Notes under the pieces: model-generated | What the model was told of the DNA's origin: nothing | Database searches by the model: none | The model's input: only the letters and a program-made list of their open reading frames with translations | Assembly (NCBI RefSeq): GCF_009914755.1 | Contig: NC_060947.1 | DNA: 64,000 nucleotides | Strand: one strand, 5' to 3' | Origin: the human T2T-CHM13v2.0 reference genome, Homo sapiens | Program-made: the position numbers and the translations under genes | In this document: positions 58,136 through 64,000 of the stretch, piece by piece | Layout: the number at the start of each line of letters is the position of its first letter | Numbering within the stretch: position 1 is the stretch's first letter

Positions 58136-59045
58136 CGTTTTAAATTGATACATAATATTTTACATATTTATGGGGTACATGTGAGTATTTGTTACATGCA
58201 TAGAATGTTTAATGCTCAAGTTGGGATATTTGGGGTATCCATCTCTTTGAATATTTATAATTTCTATCTATATGTTTGGAGTATTTCAAGCCCTCTCATC
58301 TAGTTACTTAGAAATATACAATACATTGTTGATAACTACATTCACCCTACTCTGCTATCATACTTTAGAACTTATTCCTTCTATCTAACTGTATGTTTGT
58401 ACCTATTAACCAACCTCACTTCATCCCTCCCTCCCATGTACACCTACTTGCCAGCCTCTGGTATTTATCATTCTATTTTCTATCTGCATGAGATCAACAG
58501 TTTTAGCTCCCACAAATAAGTAAGAACATGCAATATTTGTCTTTTTGTGTCTGGTTTATTTCACTTAACATAATGTCTTCCACGTTTATCCATGTTGCTG
58601 CAAATGACATGATTTTATTAATTTTTGTGGCCTGATAGTATTCCATTGTGTGTATATACCACTTTTTCTTATTTATTTATTTAATTTATTTGTAAGGATT
58701 CAGAGGGTACATTTTCAGTTTTGTTACATGGATATATTGTGTAGTGGTAAAATTTGGGCTTCTAGTGTATCCATCACCTGACTAGTGAACATTGTGCCTA
58801 ACAGGTAATTTTTCAACACTTATCACCCTCCAACCCTTGCCCCTTTTGGAGTCCCTAGTGTCTGTTATTTTCTTCTTTGTCTATGTGTACACCTTGTTTA
58901 GCTCCCACTTATAAGTGAGAATACACTGTATTTAGTTTTCTGTTTTCAAGTTATTTCACCTAAGATAATGGCCTACAGTTCCATCCATGTTGTTGCAAAA
59001 GACATAATCTCATTCCTTTTAATGATTGCATAGTATTGCGGTGGT

Positions 59046-59047
<2 letters not shown>

Positions 59048-59087
<40 letters not shown>
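59048..59087. repeat. (CA)n microsatellite, ~20 units
   Basis: Read directly. Confidence 0.95.
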
Positions 59088-59089
<2 letters not shown>

Positions 59090-59411
59090 CTCACATTTTC
59101 TTTATCCAGTCATCCACTGATGGACACTTAGGTTGATTCAATTACTTTGCTATTGCAAATAGTGCTGTGATAAACATATGAGTGCAGGTGTCTTTTTGAT
59201 ATAACAATTTCTTTTCTTTTGGGTAGATACCCCGTAGTGGCATTGCTGAGTCAAATGGGAGTCATATTTTTAGTTCTCTGAGAAATCTCCATACTATTTT
59301 CCATAGATGAAATATTAATTTATGTTACCATCAACAATGTATAAGCATTCTCTTTTCTCTGCATCCTTGTCAACATCTGTTATTTTTAAACTTGTTAATA
59401 ATAGTATTCTG

Positions 59412-59690
59412 GACCTGGCATGGTGCCTCATGCCTGTAATCCAAGTGCTTTGAGAAGCTGAGGCAGGAGTATCATTTGAGGCCAGGAGTTTGAGATCAGT
59501 CTGGGCAACATAGCAAGAACCTGTCTCTACTTAAAAAAAATAGCCAGGCATGGTGGCACACACCTGTAGTCTTAGCTACTCAGGAGGCTGAGGTGGGAGA
59601 ATCACTTGAGCTCAGGAGTTTGAGGTTACAGTGAGCTCTGACCATGTCACTGCACTCCAACTTGGGTAACAGAGTAAGACCTTGTCTGTA
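59412..59690 (+). mobile_element. AluJ
   Basis: GAGGCCAGGAGTTTGAG…CTGGGCAACATAGCAAGA (J diagnostics), with an AATAATAGT flanking duplication. Confidence 0.88.
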
Positions 59691-62600
59691 AATAATAGTC
59701 ATAGCCATTCTGACTGGTGTGGCATGGTATCTCATGGTGGTTTTGATTTGTATTTCTCTGATTAGTGGTGATGAGCATTTATTCATATGCTCATTGGCCA
59801 CTTGTATATCTTCTTTTGAGAAATGTCCCTTAATGTCCTTTGGCCAAATGTGGCCACTTTTTAGTTATTTTATTTTTAACTTTTATTATAGGTTCAGGAG
59901 TACATGTGCAGGTCTGTTACCAGGGTATATTGCATGATGCTGAGGTTTAGGGTAAGAATTATCCCATCACCCAGGTACTGAGCATAGTATGCAATAGTTT
60001 TTCAACCTGTGACCCCCTCTCTTCCTCCCCACTCTAAGAGTCCAGTTTCAATTGTTGCCATCTTTATATCCATGAGTACCTAATGTTTAACTTATAAATG
60101 AGAACAAGTTGTATTTGGTTTTCTGTTGCTGCATTAATTCTCTTAGAATAATGGCCTCCAGCTATATCCATGTTGCTGCAAATGACATAATTTTGTTCTT
60201 TTTATGGCTGCATAGTATTCCATGGTGTATATGTACCACATTTTCTTTTTTCTTTTTTGGAGAGAAATGGAAGGAAGTTTTATTTCTTTTTCATGAGTAT
60301 CACTCAATTTTTTAAATGCTAAAAATCATAATGATCTATCATCACAAATTAGTTTTTGGTTTTTTATTTTTTATTTTTCTATTTTTTACTTAACTTTAAG
60401 TTCTGGGATACATGTGCTGAACGTGCAGGTTTGTTGCATAGGTGTACATGTGCCATGGTGGTTTGCTGCACCTATCAACCCATCATCTTGGTTTTAAGCC
60501 CTGCATGCATTAGGTATTTGTCCTAATGCTCTCCCTCCCCTTTCTCCCTACCCCCCTGACAGGCCCCAGTGTACGATGTTCCCCTCCCTGTGTCCATGTG
60601 TTCTCATTGTTCAACTCCCACTTAAGAGTGAGAACATGCATATGAACCACATTTTCTTTGCCCAATCCACCATTAGTGGGTACCTAGATTGATTTGATAT
60701 CTTTGCTATTGTAAATAGTGCTGTGTTGAACATGTGGGTGCAAGTATCTTTTTGATAGAATGATTTCTTTTATTTTTGATATATACACAGAAATAGGATT
60801 GCTGGATCAAATGGTAGTTCTGTTTTAAGTTCTTTTGAGAAATCTCTGAACTGCTTTTTACAGTGGCTGAACTAATTTACATTCCCACCAACAGTGTATC
60901 TGTATTCCCTTTACTCTGTAGCCCTGTCAGCATCTGTCGTTTTTTTGACCTTTTAATAGCAGCCATCTGACTGGTATGAGTTGGTACCTCATTGTGGCTT
61001 GACTTTGCACTTCTGTGATGATTAGTTATACGGAACATTTTTTCATGTTTATTGGCCACTTGTACGTCTTCTTTGGAGAAATACGTGTTCATGCCTTTGC
61101 CCACTTTTAATGGGGTTGTTTTTTGCTTGTTGAATTGTTTAACTTCCTTATAGATTCTGAATAGTAGATCTTTGTTGATACATAACTTACAAATATTTTC
61201 TCCCATTATGTAGGTTGTCTGTTTACTCTGTTGATAGTTTGTTTTGCTGTTCAGAAGCTCTTTAGTTTAATTAGGTCCCACTTTTCAATTTTTGTTTTTG
61301 TTGCAGTTGCTTTTGGGGACTTAGTCATAAATGATTTCCCAAAACCAATTTTCAGAATGATGTTTCCTAGGTTTTCTTCTACTTATAGTATGAGGTCTTA
61401 CATTTAAATCTTTAGTCCATATTGATTTAAGTTTTGTATATGTTGAAACATAGGAAACCAGTTTGATTCTTCTGCATATGGCTAGCCAGCTATCCCACCA
61501 CCATTTACTAAATAGGGAATCTTTTCCCCATTGCTTATTTTTGTCAACTTTGTCAAACATCAAATGGCTGTAGATGTGAAGCTTTATTCCCAGGTTCTCT
61601 ATTCTGTTCATTGGTATATATGTCTGTTCTACCAGTACCATGCTGTTTTGGTTACTGTAGGCTTGTAATATGGTTTGAAGTCAGGTAGTGTTATGCCTCT
61701 AGCTATGTTCTTTTTACTTAGGATTGCTTTGGTCATTTGGACTCTTTTTTCGTTCCATGCAAATTTTCAAATAATTTTTTCTAATTCTGTGAAAAATGAC
61801 ATTGACAGTTTGATAGGAATTGTATTGAATGCATATATTGCTTTGGGCAGCATGATCATTTTTTTGATATTGATTCTTCTAATCCATGAGCATACAATGT
61901 TTTTCTATTTGTTTGTGTCATGTCTGATTTCTTTCAGCAGTGTTTTGTAGTTCTCTTTATAAATATCTTTCAATTCCTTGGTTAGATGTATTTCTAGGTA
62001 TTTTATATTTTGGTGGGTATTGTAAATGGGATTATGTTCTTGATTTCACTCTCAGCTTGAACATTATTGGTGTATAGAAATGCTACTGATTTTTGTACTT
62101 TGATCTCATATCCTGAAACTTTACTGAAGTTGTTTATCAGTTCCAAGATCCTTTCGGCAGAGTCTATAGGGTTTCCTAGGTAAAAAATCATATTATCTCC
62201 AAACAAAGAGTTTGAATTCCACTTTTCCTATTTGGATGCTTTTAATTTATTTTTCTTGCCTAATTTCTCTGGTCAGGACATCTAGTACTATGTTGAATAG
62301 GAGTGGTGAGAGTTGGCATCATAGTCTTACTCCAGTTCTCAAGCGGAATGCTTACAGTTTTTGACTATTCAGTATGATATTGGCTATGGGTTTCTCATAG
62401 ATGACTCTTATTATTTTGAGGTATGTTCCCTTGATGCCTAGTTTCTTGAGGGTATTTTTTATCATGAAGATATGTTGGATTGTTTTTTCCATTTATTGAG
62501 ATGATCATATGGTTTTTGTTTTTAGTTCTATTTATGTGGTGAATCACATTTATTGATTTGTATGTTGAACCAACCTTGCATCCCAGAAATGAAGTCTACT

Positions 62601-63954
62601 TGATCCTGGTGAATTAACTTTTTGATGTGCTGTTGGATTCAATTTGCTTGTATTTTGTTGAGGATTTTTGCATCTATATTCATCAGAGACATTGGCCAGT
62701 AGTTTTCCTTTTTAATTGTCTTTGCCAGATTTTGGTATCAGGGTGATGTTGGCTTCATAGAATGAGTTAGGGTCCTCTTTTATTTTTTTTTCAGGAAGGA
62801 ATAATTTCATAGTATAGGTACCAGCTCTTCTTTGTATATTTCATAGCATTTGGCTGTGAATCCATCTAATCTGGGGCTTAAATTTAAGTTTTTGATCCAT
62901 CTTGAGTTAATTTTTGTATATGGTGAGATAAAGTCCAGTTTTGTTCTGGATATTAGTCCCTTGTTAAATTGATAGTTTGCAAATATTTTCTCCAATTCTA
63001 TAGGTTGTCTCTTCATTCTCGATTGTTTCCTTTGCTGTACAGAAGCTTTTTAGTTTAATATAGTCCCATTTCTCTATTTTTGTTTGTGTTAACTGTGCTT
63101 TTGAGGTCTCAGCCATAAAATCTTTGCCTATACGAATGTCCTATAGTGTTTTGCCCATGGTCTCTTCTAGAGTTTTATAGTTTTGGGTCTCACATTTAAG
63201 TCTTTAACATATCTTGATTTTATTTTTGTATATGGTGAAAGATAGAGGTCCAGTTTCATTTTTCTGCATATGTATATAAATTTTCCCTGCACCATTTGTT
63301 GAAGAGGGTGTCCTTTCCCCTATGCATTTTCTTGACATTTCTCTCAAAAATCAGTTGGCTATAAATGCATTGCTTTGTTTCTGCATTCTCTACTCTGTTC
63401 CATTGGTCTGTGTGTCTGTTTTTATATAAATTCTATGCTGTTTTGGTTACTATAGCCTTGTAATATATTTTGAAGTCAAGTAGTGTGATGCCAACAGCTT
63501 TTAACTGTTTTGCTCAGGGTTTCTTTGACTATTCATTGTCTTCTGTGATTCAACTGGAATTTTAGGATTTTTTTCTAATTCTATGAAAAATGACTTTTGT
63601 ATTTTTATAGGAATTGCATTGAATCTATGGATTGCTTTGGGCAGTATGGTCATTTTAACGATATTATTTTTTCCAATCCATGAGCATGGAATTGCTTTCT
63701 ATTTGGTTGTGTCATCTATAATGTATTTTATCAGTCTTCTGTAATTTTCTTTATAGAGATTTTTCACCTTCTTGGTTAAATTTATTCCTAGGTATGTCAT
63801 TTTTGTAACTATTGAAAATAGGAATGCAGTCTTGATTTCTTTCTCAGCTAGTTTATCATTGCTGTTTTGAAACACTACTGATGTATGTTGATTTTGTATT
63901 CTCTAACTTTACCAAATTTACTAATCAGATAAGAGTTTTTAGGTGTAGCTTAAT

Positions 63955-64000
63955 CCAACCCAATTGTCCTATAGAACTAATATTTATGGGGTTTTTGGAA
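63955..64000 (+). mobile_element. Start of an ERV1 LTR (LOR1-like), cut off by the window end
   Basis: CCCAATTGTCCTATAGAACTAATATTTATGG resembles the recalled LOR1 5' end. Confidence 0.4.

Larger units (their letters stand above)
58138..63945 (-). mobile_element. Nested stack of old L1s: L1MA 3' end (58138-58670), L1PB (58670-59860 and ~62948-63945), L1PA15/16 (59860-62880) and an L1PA8 3' end (60353-60640)
   Basis: Successive reverse-complement L1 3'UTRs with poly(T) heads and ORF2 fragments (60877-63016). Confidence 0.82.

Overview
Primate (most likely human) genomic DNA from the X-inactivation centre region, Xq13. It is not prokaryotic, so the ORF track mostly reports retroelement debris. 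The window holds the last three coding exons of CHIC1 (+ strand; 6653-6709, 6981-7040, 8282-8332, ending ...[20 protein letters not shown]) and a ~6.1-kb 3'UTR ending near 14.43 kb. About 42 kb further on, a disabled exon (56900-57016) aligns to the N-terminus of rodent Tsx (FIP1-like EWLY motif) and is read as the TSX pseudogene. Most of the rest is interspersed repeat. Roughly half or more is L1: an antisense L1PA4-like element with an intact 5' end in the CHIC1 intron, a plus-strand L1 stack at 20-35 kb, and nested minus-strand L1PA/PB/MA at 42.5-64 kb. Other repeats are a near full-length Tigger1, a decayed class I ERV with two LTRs, a solo LTR22, MaLR pieces, Alus and microsatellites. No new protein-coding system is supported. 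The most interesting signals are the TSX relic, an L1 antisense promoter pointing into CHIC1 exons, L1 chimera, transduction and deletion scars, substitutions shared between neighbouring L1 copies, and a palindromic templated-insertion scar at 19.4-19.7 kb. Gene and repeat subfamily names come from recalled consensus sequences, not a database search.
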